Shown here one piece after another: positions 51,297 to 64,000 of a stretch of 64,000 bases of DNA. This DNA is from Lytechinus pictus (lineage: Eukaryota): contig NC_087245.1 of assembly GCF_037042905.1 (NCBI RefSeq), positions 4,342,001-4,406,000 on the forward strand, written 5' to 3'. The notes under the pieces were generated by a model. The model searched no databases. It saw nothing but the letters and a program-made list of their open reading frames with translations, and was not told the DNA's origin. Every line of letters starts with the position of its first letter. Within the stretch, counting starts at the first letter, position 1. The position numbers and the translations under genes were made by a program.

Positions 51297-51804
51297 TCGT
51301 AAAAGGGGTGATTGCATGAAGAGGACTTTGCAATGCCAGTAGAGTTAAAGCCAAACTTAGAAATCCAAATTCTCATGATGCACCAAATCATGAAGCATGT
51401 TTGTTGATTTATAATAAAGTATTTAAGTCATTAAACTCTTTTTAAAATCAGTTTTTTAATACTCTTATAACAAAACTTCAAAAGAATTTTATTCATGAAC
51501 TGTTTTCAGTATTTTGTTTACTTTATTAAATGGGTGAATAAAATTTATAGGACTGCAAATAAATGATGCTTTGCAGCTTTTCTGTGCATATAGAAGAAAA
51601 AAAAAGTAGGCAAAAGTAGAAAAGACAGTTCTTGCAAAGACCTTTTCCATGTACACTACCCCACCCAGTTAGATCTGTACATGTATTAATGTTGGATCTT
51701 TATTTTTACAATTAATAACCAATGATGGCGCCTGTCGTTGGGATGTGGGGGATTTTTTCAATTTTGTATTTAATGTATTTTCTAATTCTATTTTGAACTA
51801 ATTT

Positions 51805-52765
51805 TTTTGTCTCACCTGCATAGCAGAGCAAAATACAGTGCCACTTTTCTAATGGAAGCATCGTCAAAATTGAATTCTTACATGTACCGTATTGAAGATT
51901 AAATATGAAACTTGAACATTATTACATTAGTCATACATGTATATAGGGTAATCAAGTATCATGCATGTACGGTACTGTAACCAAGGTTAAGCTTTTGAAA
52001 TGTCCTCATATTTTACTTCATGAAACTTTGACATAATGGTAATTAAGTAAACTGTATCACTTATCATACCCATGATTTCACTAGTCATATTAACATGGCC
52101 GAACTCAAAGGTCATTTTAGGTCAATGAAATTTGATCGTGTTGATTGTTGAAATCTAAAGGTTAAGTTTTTGAAATGTCATACATGTACATTCACTGTAA
52201 CGACCTACATGTAGGTACATGCGATAGGGCCTATTTCATGGTAATCAAGTAGGCCTAAGGTACATACAGTATATCACTGGTAATCTTGCATGAGTTTTAG
52301 GCCACATACATGTACATGTAATCAAGGTGAAGTGTCATTTAGACTCAATCAACTTTGACCATGTTTGCATAAAAAAAACTTTTAAAACCAAGGTGAATGA
52401 GATTTGGAATTTTCACAATAATTTGGCAAATAAGCCTTCATCATGAAAAAGATAATTGAGTCAAAATGGATCCTCTTCAAGGGAGGTGGCATCGCCTCTC
52501 ACCTCCATGTAATGACCTTTGGCCAGTATCCTAGAGGTAAGTCAGTAAAGTAAGGATCAGAAAATGGATAAACATACATGTAATTTCAAGTTACTACATG
52601 TAGGCAAAGATAAAGTTCATTTGAGGTCAACGAACTGAGGATTTTAGTATGAAATTAATTTTTCCCACTATTAAATGTTAGAAATGATTAATTGACATTG
52701 TTTTCAGAGCCCTCACTGCTGAGCTGCATAGTGCAGGCAAGACTGCCCAAGGCATTCCACTTGTT
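51805..52765 (+). mobile_element. Helentron/HINE-like non-autonomous element with internal tandem units
   Basis: Starts in a T run; subterminal inverted repeat gtctcacctgca (51809) / tgcaggcaagac (52732); ends ttccacttgtt; repeated aaggttaag...tttgaaatgtc units. Confidence 0.55.
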
Positions 52766-53898
52766 TCATTCTGAGTGCATTAGTTGGTTGGCCAGGGGAC
52801 CATCATGATTACAGTGATCAAGTTTGCTCTTCTCTTTCATGGCCATCATATGCATGAAATTGCAATCAGTAGACTGCTAATTTAAACAAATTGTACTTGT
52901 ATTCAAATTTGTGATATTTTTTGTATTGGAATTAATTCATTTGTAAATTTGATATGTGTGCCTTTGGGAAGAAGCCACTTTCACCTTGGGTCCCTCTTAC
53001 CAAGCATTGGAATAAGATTCACCTGCCTGATCTCATTGATGCTTCTCTCCCGGCCCCATCTACTGTAGTATAGTATACAAATAATGCATGCAGCCGAGTG
53101 CGTTAGTGGAAATGCAGAGCACGCAAGGTTTCTTAAGATAGGTGCCGCACTGTGCACGAGCCGCTGGCGGCGAGTGCCCAGTGTGCACCCTCTGAAGAAA
53201 CCGAGCTTTCTCTGCATTTACTTTTACGCACGACAGATCAAGTGCATTATTTGTTTTATAAAATAGCAACACAGATACAAATTCTTAAAGAGTTACATTA
53301 CAATTTTGTTGGGCTTCTACCGCACTGGTCTGCTTGAGCGTGCAGTCAATTTTCGTTGCGCACCTTTTGCACCGCAGTGCATGCACAAAAAAGTTGGATG
53401 TCATGTGACGCATATTGGCCAATCGTGATGCTTGAAATAATACACCTATTTTATAATATTAGTAAAGCTTGGACTGCAAGAATATGTACATTGTAGGCCT
53501 ACTTCACAAAAATGACATCCATGTACCATGTACATGTATGTCAAATTTTATCTTATTTCTCTACCACTAAAAAAATGTTGATCTCTGAATAATGGAGAGG
53601 AAGAAGAAGAAGACTTTATATGTATAAATGTGTTTTGGAGTGTTAAGTAAATGATGATGATAATGGTCACAATGATTTTCTTCAGTTTAGCCTACAGAGT
53701 AATACAATAATTATTATCTTGTAATAATAGTAATAATGAATAATGATCATACATGTAATATTATTGATAAATATTATTATTATGATTTTTATAGAAAACT
53801 GGTGTTTGCACAAACTTGCAGCTCATTTTCAGCTTTCATTCAGGAGAAAAAAAGAATTCATGATGCATTTTCAATCAATCCTTTGTATTTGATGTGAT

Positions 53899-54300
53899 TT
53901 AAAGAGAAATTCCAGTATTTGCAGTAGACACTGATTTCATGAGAAAGTCTGTAAAACAATGCTTAATTGCAGTATATCATTGAGGATCTAGATCTGGTAC
54001 AGTTACATGAACTGAACTTCGTGAAATCTTGAAATCTACGCTGAAAAATGTTCAGACTGAAGATCCCCAACACAGATAAGCGCACGTGGGACAGTGTATA
54101 GTTATTGCTTTGAGCGTCGGGCCCGACGCTCTACCCGAATCATGTGCTTATTTGCTGATTTCTCAGCAATTACACAATTTCTTCCAGAATCCTTTGGCAC
54201 ATACGTTTTATTCATACAAACAGACACTTTGGTGGTCATTTCATTGGATTCTGTACGAACTCATTTTGATATCGTTACCAAAACTAGCATTTACCTTTAA
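53899..54300. mobile_element. TTAA-flanked (Kolobok-like) MITE
   Basis: ttaaagagaaattccagt...actagcatttacctttaa; related copies at 48287 and 46526. Confidence 0.8.
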
Positions 54301-57300
54301 TGTCCAATGATCAAATTATTGGGCCAAGTGAGTAGGCACATACATTGTATGTGATAATTCATGATTGATTTTTTTAAGTGAGGAGCTACATGTAGAGTGG
54401 CCAAGCCTCAGATTTCAGGAAACTCTTTTGAAACAATACTTCACCCATGATTGATACCAACTCTTTTCAGAAATTATAAGGTACTGTACATTTTATACCC
54501 CAGGCCAACAATTTTTTTTGGTTTATATTTGGAGGCTCTTTTTCACAAACTACTGCCTAAATCTGCAACACTTGACAAACTTAATTATTGCAGTGAATGG
54601 GAATTTTGGGCGCTCTTTTTTTTTTCAGGGCTCTTTTAATCATTTTGGGGATGAAATCTTCCCAAGCCCCATGTAATTTATCCTCTGATTTACCCACAAA
54701 GACTGGAGGTAACATTGATTTTGAAATTGCCTTTGCTTAAAAATTATGAATCGATGAAAGTGAACAATGTACCGTACATGTTCATGAATGTCTGTTACTC
54801 AAGATGAGTCATGGACTGACATATTATTAACAGATTACAATTACATCTTTTAAAGCTGCTATTTTTAAGGTAACATTGGTTTACAGATTTATTAAAGACT
54901 TCCTCTTATGAGGCTAAAGTGTGCTATCCCAGTTGCCACATCCCAATTCTCACTTTAGTTCATGGCTTGAAACATTTTGACAAATGTTGAAAATGTGATA
55001 AAGGTTCGTTTTAAATTCAGAATTTCTTGCAGTCTTTGATTATTTTGCCTACATGTATGTTGGGACAAGTGATGTTTTTTTTCATAGTTTTTTTTTTACC
55101 ATCTACATGTACATACACCTGTACATGTACATGTATGGCCGGCATTCAATTGAAAGAATTTTAGCAAAATTCTGAAACTTGTATTCAGATCACATAAATA
55201 TTTTTCTTTATCAAGCCAAATTTAAGCATTGTGACGTCATAAAGTTTAAGCCAAAGAATGCGCAGTGTATGTATCCATCTGTGTGCAGTACAGTATGTAT
55301 GACTGCGCATATGCACGTTTGTAAACTAAGTTTCCACAAACCAGACCTAAGCAAGGTAGGCTGCTGACTTAGATTTAAGCAAAATGCTTCTAAGCCAAAA
55401 TACCAAAGATAGATAAATATTTTCATCAAGATACTGAGTAAAATCTTTATATTCTGGCTTCTATCCAATTGAATACAGGTCTAGTAATTGTGTACATGTT
55501 CATGGAAAATCATACCTTTTTAAAATTTGCTTGTTGGTTGTCATAATAAAGAACATGAAATGAACTAAATTTTGATAAATTTCAGATATCGGCATCTGTA
55601 CAACGACCTTTCATATCCTTTCTTCAAATTGTTTTTACTCACTCATTTGTGAAATAGGCATCAAAAGAATGACATACATAAAAATGACTCTTATTTGAGA
55701 TATGGGCCCTGTTGAGATGTGGGCCCCTTTGCATAAAAGTTACTATTGTAGTAACCTTGCCATACAATAGTAACTACCATGGTAACATGGCCCAACAGCC
55801 AATCAAAATCAAGGATTCCATTAAAGTTACCATTAGATGCCAAAGTTAGTATAATTCATGCAACAGGACCCTGATGATATGCCCATCATTTTTGAATGAT
55901 GTGCACATGTGCACAATGCTTGATGGTCTCATACTGAGTCAAGGTCTCATGCATGGATGGTCTTTGCCCTTGGAATCTTCAGCTACCTAATTTACAATAT
56001 TGTCAGAAATAGCCAAAAACCCTTTTGTGCATGTGGTTACATGTAAATGAATGTACTGTACGTTGTACTGTACTATCTTCTCAAGATGTAGACATGCTGA
56101 TACATTTACATGTACATGCCCTTCTCATAATGTGAATATGGTATATGTTTAAATGTATTAGACACAAAGCATCAATGAAATATTATTATTCTAACTATTT
56201 TGTTTTTCATTAAAGAAATATATGAAGAGTATCTAGTAGTAGTATCTAGACTATAGTGCATAAGATGCATTAAGCTCTACGAGAGAGGGAGAGACAATCA
56301 CACAGGTTGCACTGTATGAAAGATGCACTATACTGTACATTTAATGCATAGTGGATGCATAATGTGCAGTACAAGTGCATTCAAATTTGTTTAACCTAAA
56401 TTCTGCAGTGAAATGGGTGTGAAAGTGTCAGCATGCCAGGTGTGTAGTGCTATACATGTACATACATGTACATAGGAATATACATGAACATTTATTACAT
56501 GTAGACTAGACATTATGTTGAGTACATCATAGGAATTATAAAATATTTGGCATTTATGCTTTTTAATGAGTAAGGCTTGGCATATTTTATTCACTGTATT
56601 CACATCTTGATTTATGTCTCATTTGCATTGTACATGTATGCCAATATTGCTCTTTTTGGTATCTTTTTCGTAAATACATGTGCATACATATATGTACAGT
56701 ACACGTATAAAGTATGAAGACATCCAATATACGGTACATTAAAGCAGAAAATTATTGACAATATACATGTATTCATGAACTCATTCTTTAACCAGTGATA
56801 CTAAAATGCGTTGGCTTTAAAATACTGGAACGATTTGCCACTTACAAAGACGGCCTCCATGAGGCTCCATCACTAGCAATTTTCAGAAAAAGGCATTAAA
56901 ACCCATGTTACACTTGTAGTTTATATAATACCATTAAATGAATTCATTGTAATGCAAGTGATTTGGGCCTGTGGGGAAAAGTGCATTATTAATAATGACA
57001 TGTACAGATTACACCAGTGACCAATCACTAGAGTAGCCAAGATGCTAATTAATTATTAGCTTGACTTTAGTCTAGCTACCATGCTGGCACACAAGCATTT
57101 CAAGGAATACATCACTGCCAGGTAGCCATTTACTACACCAAACAGTACATGTATGTGATTCGGTTGATGACACTTTCTTCTTCCACGAGTCAAAGATGAC
57201 GTTGTGTAGGATGACTCACTCACCATTTTGGTGTAGTGTAACTGATCTCAGTCAGGCGATGTCGTCACTGCCATCTTGACACATTAGTTCTACCTACTTG

Positions 57301-57314
57301 GGCTGAAATGCATA

Positions 57315-57325
57315 ATGTCTACGAG
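57315..57325 (+). CDS. ALS2: Candidate start-codon exon of alsin (MSTR)
   Basis: ATG TCT ACG AG|gtaatg gives the phase-2 junction required by the exon at 58776; in-frame stop upstream at 57285. Confidence 0.45.
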
Positions 57326-58775
57326 GTAATGGTGTTGGGATTGCTCATTCCAACCCCATTTGGTCACATGTCATTACCCAGAGTGTCATACATAGCTACA
57401 TACTAACCTATGATAAATCATAAATGTATACATTTAGTAGTAATCCAAGTGTGCAAATTTGCTGAACAATTTGATAATTATGTGTACTCTAAAAAGCGTA
57501 TTGTAAAGCACTTTTAAGTACGTTAATGTATAAAGAGCTCTTATATTTTAAGATTTTTTTTTTAGATTGTTCTTTGGGCCTGATGTTGCCATCTTCATTA
57601 CAGTTGTAATTTGCACACTACATGTACATTTAGGAGAAAATACTAGTACATGTATGATGCAGTATTTGTACAGGTACATTGTACTGCACATGTACTTTAA
57701 TATAAAGTTCTGAATCAGATATATGTCGTTCAAGGACACGGCTCTCTATATATATTTTTCCATTTCAAATGAATAATTGAATTGAAACAATTGTATCAAT
57801 TTCTAGAATCTAGAGACAGTTTGTTACATACAGTGTATGGCATTTTAAAACTGATCAATACCATTCACACTGTCAGTGGTGTGGAATGAGGTATGCAGAC
57901 TTCAGAAAATGATAAATCAATATAAATCAATTTTTGTCAGGAAAATGTGAAGTGAACATTGTATTCAGACTCAGAGTAATTTAGTACATGACCTGTGTTA
58001 TAATCACAAGTACATGTATGAAATAAGATTGAAATTTCCCAATGTGAAGGTTTTGTATTTTGTTGTCCTCAATGAGATAAATCTGAATAAAAGGTACATC
58101 TACATGTACATGTACATGTCTACCTCTGTTGAGTCTGCTGGGAATGTCATATCTTGTAAGTATGGAAGATATGAAAAGATATTGCCATAAATCACTCTTT
58201 TGAAGAAAAAAATATTCACTGTCAAGAATTCAAAAGCTCTGAACTACATGTACATGTACAGTATACACAGCTAATCTTTAAAAGAATTCAATACTTATTT
58301 TAAGAACTAATGCCAATGATGTAAATGTAATGTAGAAAAGATCTTTTACATGTCTACCATACCATGAACCAAGTATGAACATGTACACTGTAACTGCTCA
58401 AATAACAATTAATTTGGCTTATGATAAAGATTATAAAGTTATAATTAACACATACACTTTAATTCAACACCTACATGTATTTAACATTAGGTGTGTGAAT
58501 CTTAATACAGTTGTGTCCTGTTCAGGTTTTGATAATTCAACCTTGTACAGAGAATGATTAAATAAAAAGGGAGAAATTTAATTTGGTATCAGTTGTCAGT
58601 ATCATGGATATTTACATATTGTAGTCCTCATATTCAAATGAATGAAATGAGGTACATGTAGATGGACATATTACATGCACCTGTATGTACGTGTAGGTAC
58701 ATGTTAGTTAATGTACATGTATTTTCTTTTTCTTTTTTGTACTTGTCTAACATTCTTTCTCTGACTTTCCCACAG

Positions 58776-59719
58776 GAAAAAAGATGAGAAAGACCGGCCA
58801 GAAAAGGCTTTGCAGGGAATTCCATACATGTGGAAGGGTTTCCTCAGTAACACCACGCCTTTCACCCACGATGTCTTCAAGACAAAGAACATCATCAAGA
58901 TCTCACTCGGGAGCAAGCATTGTGCATTCTTAACTGACCAGAGATCAGTGTATACGTATGGGAGTGGGGAGCATGGCCAGCTTGGTCACAAGAAATTCAC
59001 AGACATAACAAAACAGCCAATGCTTGTGCAGGAACTGAAGAGCGAGAATGTTGCAGATGTTGTCTGTGGAAATAACCACACTGGAGTGGTGTGCGAAGAT
59101 GGAATTGTCTTCTGCTGGGGAGATTCCACCAATGGACAATGTGGAATTGGTGTGTCAGAAAAGATCAACATTCCCACGCAGGTTCATATAAGTGATGCAG
59201 ACTGTGACCCAGTGATCACGCAGCTGTCCTGCGGGGACTCCCACACCCTTGCGATGTCTACGCAAGGTGAAGTCTGGGCATGGGGAACTGGCCCACAGCT
59301 TGGACTCTCAACCGGTTCCACTCCGGTGTTGTCCCCAAAGAAAGTCAGTGCCCTCATGGGCCGGAAAGTCCTGCACATGGCTTGTGGTGGTACCATGAGT
59401 CTTGTGCTGGTCCAAAGACTGAAATTGATGCGGTCACCAGGTAACAAGTCAAATGAACCAGAAGAGGAAGGTTCTGGATCTAGTCTTACCTGCCAGGATA
59501 CAGGCTACACAATGCATGATGAAGGTGACACTGTTATCATATCAGACAACTCATTGTTATGCCCTGATTCAGGCAACACTACATCTAGGAGTATATCACC
59601 TGATAGTATCGATGTAGCAGCTATTCAGGCACAACAGGCAGAATGGGCAGCTGCAACTGAGGCAGTGGAACTGAAACGGAGAGATAGAGGGTCAACTTCA
59701 TCACAAGGTAGTAGTGAAG
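58776..59719 (+). CDS. ALS2: Alsin exon encoding the first RCC1-like blades
   Basis: cacag acceptor; RCC1 repeats (SLGSKH...YTYGSGEHGQLG, VCGNNH...CWGDSTNGQCG, SCGDSH...VWAWGTGPQLG); TMHDEGDTVIISDNSLLCP resembles the alsin segment TMTDKEDHVIISDSHCCP as I recall it; donor G|gtatgc. Confidence 0.9.
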
Positions 59720-61818
59720 GTATGCATGGCACCCTTACCTTACTAACCAACTAACTCCATGTAGATCAAGAGTGTAAATGTACTAGTTTGATCATCTCTA
59801 AAGTCCATAGCTATGTGTAGATCCAGATACCTATTGTCATGAGTTCACATGTTTTGTGGTTTGTCATGAAGATAGAAACTTAGAAAGTGCTTGTTGATTT
59901 ATGTATTAAAGTCAATCTCCATTTTGTAACAATGAAAATAGACAGATGTGTGGTTACACAAATTATCAAAATGGCAGCTATATGTTTCAAAGCTCATTGG
60001 CTTTCACTCCTCAGATCAAAATACTACCTTCAGTTTTATTTCCTCTTTCATTTTACTCTGATGGTGCTCTGTAATACCACCATCAACTATTTGAAATAGT
60101 TAAAATCACAAAGAAGATTGTAAAGACCCTACAATCCCAAACTTTATTAAAATGTCCAAGAGCTTGTAAGAGTGAATAATTAATCCCACTCTTTCAATTT
60201 ATTTCAATAACATGATGGGTAATTGGGTATACTGTAATTATGTTTTCAGATTTTTCTCCTCTGTAGGCTAATATTTTGCAGATTAAAACAGCTTATGTAA
60301 GAATACAAGTGGCTTGAACAAGTTAACTTTAACCTGGCATGATATGCTGAATATTATTTCTTTTCTGCAATTTTCAAAACTACTTTTACAAATTAACATA
60401 GTTTGTCTTGTCAGTGTATTAAAAGTGAATTTTTTTATGGAAACATATAAAACTCAAAATTCACAAAACTTAATGCGCGAAGTATTGGTGGATGGGAGTA
60501 GATGGAATGGTGCATGCACTGTCTTTGTGAGCAGCGAGCAGACCATTGTGAAGTAGACCCATTGAAAAGTTTTCATGGAAGACCTGGGGCCCGTCTCTCA
60601 ACACCGTCATAAGTCTAACTTCTTGACTAAATCAGAGATAGTGAGTTACTTGTCTGCTAACCGTTTCAGGAAGCCCTCTCTGCCAAGATCGGGACAACAA
60701 CCTGACTAAATATTTATGACACCTCCGAACCTGTCATAACTTCTATCTTAATGACGTAGTGGCATCACGTGGGTAGACTATGACATGCAGAAGTGCCTGG
60801 AAAATTGAAAATTATAATCTTACGTATTCAATCATACAAGTTGAAATTACATTGCAAAACAAGTGGGATTGATCATTCAATAATAATTGTTACGCACAGA
60901 AACTGTTAAAACTATTGATAAAACACCACAAAACCATTCATTTTTAAATTGTAAGATAATTGAATCAATTAGATTCTGCAACGTCAGGCTATCCATAACT
61001 AGACTCTTATTCGTTGTTTTCAGACCCTTATCAACAGTTCGATATATTATATCTCTAATTTATGCATAAAATTTGTCAAATCGTATGTTTCGGTATCTAA
61101 AGATTTAAACAATTTATGTTACACTATATTTTGATGATTTTTGGAATCATAAAAAAACGTAAATTATCAAGATTTTACAAAGGAAACCTTTTAAGGTTTA
61201 CTTTCGTAAAGTATAAAAATTTGATATCCCGGGGGTACCCATCTCAACGTCCACATGTGATTTTTAGTCATGATATGAATTATTCATAATTTTATTTTCT
61301 CAGGAATTAAATGCTATGGACCCTTATGAATATTCTGAGATATTGAAGGCAATTTTTTTAAATTGTGATACAACTTCCTTTTCATGTTGGTGATGGAATG
61401 CCTTTGCACTTGAGAATGTTGCATTTTGTCCATGCATGGGGAACATTTTACTAACGAATGACTGCATGCACTGTATGTTGAGTGTATGTGTACGTGAAGA
61501 TGTCAGAGGTAGACATTGATGATACAGACAATAGAGGGAGGGGGGGAGAGAGAGAGAGATAGGCAGAGAAAAAAAGAGAGGAATGGAGACTGGTATACAC
61601 AGAGACATATAGGAAGATGGAGGAGTGGGGAGGAGATTTGGAAAACATGTCTTAATTCAGTTTCTGTATTACAGTGTACAGTGTATGTTTTTAATATATT
61701 ACTGATGTAGTAACTCTGATCATAAGAAATTAATAAGGCACAAGTTTTAAAGAGGATTGTTTTTTACCACTCAAAGTGTGAAAGCATTTTCATTTATTTC
61801 ATCTCTGCTTTAATACAG

Positions 61819-62377
61819 GTACATATACTTTGGAAGACTCTAGTGGAAACTTGAAGAGAATCAAAGAAGAAGTGAGTGAGCAGAGTGGTAGCCAACCCAA
61901 TGGTGTTGCCAAGAATGGCATTGATGGAGGAGAATGCGCAGATGAAGATGAAGATGATGTCTTTACAACTTCTAGGAGCTCCAAAGAGCAGCTGGCTGAG
62001 CAGTTGAAACCTCTCAATATACAAGGGAGTCCAGTACAAGCTGTCACCCCTCAGCAACGACCTGGTCCTAGTACCCGCATCCTGGCTTCGTTACCTCAAT
62101 CTGTGGCCCTACGACTGGAGAAGATCATGATGCCTCGAACGAGCCTTACAGAGACTGTCTCAAGGGCAAGTAGCGACAACTCCATCTGTGAGACCGAGCT
62201 GATCATCAGGGATAAGGATGCTCAGGTGTTAGAATCAAGCTGTAACTTGCCAGATAAGAAGCTTCGGACACTATCTCCTGTGATGGGTGGGCTGGATGAT
62301 CTTGTCTATCAGACTGAGGTGTGGAGCTTTGGCAAAGGCACCATGGGACAGCTTGGACAGGGGGATACACTTGACAG
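61819..62377 (+). CDS. ALS2: Alsin exon: disordered insert and resumption of RCC1-like repeats
   Basis: Phase matches the previous exon; ends QTEVWSFGKGTMGQLGQGDTLDR|gtacgt (cf. alsin [22 protein letters not shown]). The gene continues beyond the window. Confidence 0.9.
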
Positions 62378-64000
62378 GTACGTTTTTGTCAGGATCAAAC
62401 CTTGGTTTTTGTTTACGTAAAGATTTGGTTACCATGACTCAACCTCACATACACCAAGAATATTTTTTAAATGAAGAGAGCTGTGGCATTGTCAAAGTAC
62501 ACTTACATGTACATGTAATGTAAGTAACTGCACTGCATAACAAATATTCTGGTTTAAAGTTGTTAAAAAAAATTACAACTATATCGTTTCGTTAATTCCA
62601 AAAGATATTGGTTCAATATACAATAGATATTGACATTCAAATCATTCAATTTCAAAAGGTAATATTGATTTTTTTTACAACAAAAAGGACCTGCAAGAAC
62701 TTAATACATTATATTGTCCTTCCCAGTTCAAAAAACGTTTCAGGCCTACAATATGTTGTAATTTGCAATACTGCCATCACATGGCCGAAATGGATAATTT
62801 AACATTATTTCTTTTTTCTTCTATATTTTCCAATTAATCATAATAACACCATTTATCACATTTTCTCGAGTAACATTTTTCTATTTGAAATAAAACAAAT
62901 TTTGTATTTTTGTATTTTTTAATATGTGGCAAAAATAACTTTTGACAGTTTTATACAGCTATACAGTGAAAAACACAAGAATCAAAGAAATAAGGAATGA
63001 TGTAGTTATTGCAAATGAAATTTTTCAGGATTGGTATAGAATTAAACTGTAAATTATGGAGGAATAAATGTGACAAGATCAGAGAGAGAGAGAGAGAAAT
63101 GATTTTACATAAAACATTTGAATATGAAATACTTGCACTTATTTGCATGTACACATGTAGATGTTATATCTCCAGATCTAACAAAGATGTAGAAACATTT
63201 TTTATTTAAAGTTGCTTAATTTTGTAATTTTGTAAAGGTATACTGTAGTTTATTGCTATTTGAATACATATTCATTGTCTATTTTGAAGACTAACATTGG
63301 AATCAGATAAATATAGTACAGTTAGTTCATTCAATAATTCTTGCAGACACAAATATATGGTGCATGTATCCATCATCTATCTAGTAGTATGCAAAACAGA
63401 ACCTTTCAGATAGTACAGTTCTTTAAAAAGAGAAAGAAAATAAAAACCCTCTACACCCTGAAATGTGATCTAACAATCTTCAACCCGTCATGGACAAGGA
63501 ACTGTATACTGCAACCAATGGGCCTTTTGACAAAATAGAAGGGGAATTTCCAGAAATATACCACGTACAGGTAGTTCAGTCACTACACACGCATATGGCA
63601 ATAAGAAAGAGCCTTAAATACCACACATATTCATCTAAGGATAGGGTAGTGACTAGTGAGCAGTTTATCGAGTATGCAGACACGTTTTAATATCACTTGT
63701 GTTGGAAAGGTCTGGGAGTCTACAGAGCAATTTATTTATGCTGAACTGAGGCATGCCCCGAGGGAGATTGCTCTATTTTATCTCGCCTTTGCATAAACAG
63801 AGAGAAGGGAAAGGTTTCATACGTATACATAACGTCATACCCTCATTTGCATCCGCAAAACTAAATAAATTTTTTTTAATAAGGTATAGGTGTAGCTTAA
63901 AAACAAAGAAAAACGATTTTCATGAGGTTATATACATGTATGTCCAATATTGTACTCTTGTACAACATTTCATCTGATGAAATTATGAACATGATTCCTA

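Noticed and set aside
52465..52542. ATG...gag|gtaagt as the first coding exon of ALS2
   Set aside because: TAG immediately before the donor in the required frame, and it lies inside a repeat element.

Overview
AT-rich, intron-containing animal genomic DNA. The repeat landscape suggests an invertebrate deuterostome such as a sea urchin; this is inference only. Three spliced protein-coding genes are supported. (1) The 5' part of a SOCS7-like gene on the minus strand: a ~1.96 kb exon encoding a low-complexity N-terminus and a 101-nt exon ending in the pre-SH2 motif FASSLRRISE. I could not find the SH2/SOCS-box exons, so they probably lie left of the window. (2) A complete six-exon VPS25 (ESCRT-II) gene on the plus strand, 175 aa, whose second intron has U12-type (minor spliceosome) signals. 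(3) The 5' part of an alsin/ALS2 gene with RCC1-like repeats on the plus strand. Non-coding DNA is packed with non-autonomous DNA transposons (several with readable TIRs and TSDs), tRNA-derived SINEs, a decayed LINE RT fragment and a multi-level nested cluster containing a TU/Foldback-like element with inverted 15-bp arrays. The most unusual signal is a large excess of short TA-bounded motifs (TACATGTA, TAGGCCTA, TACAGTA, TACCGTA). At two sites an internal paralogue shows the motif as a +6 insertion at a TA, and a third site shows a stack of such motifs, as expected for Tc1/mariner excision footprints. No CRISPR array, rRNA, intact tRNA or intact transposase gene was seen.
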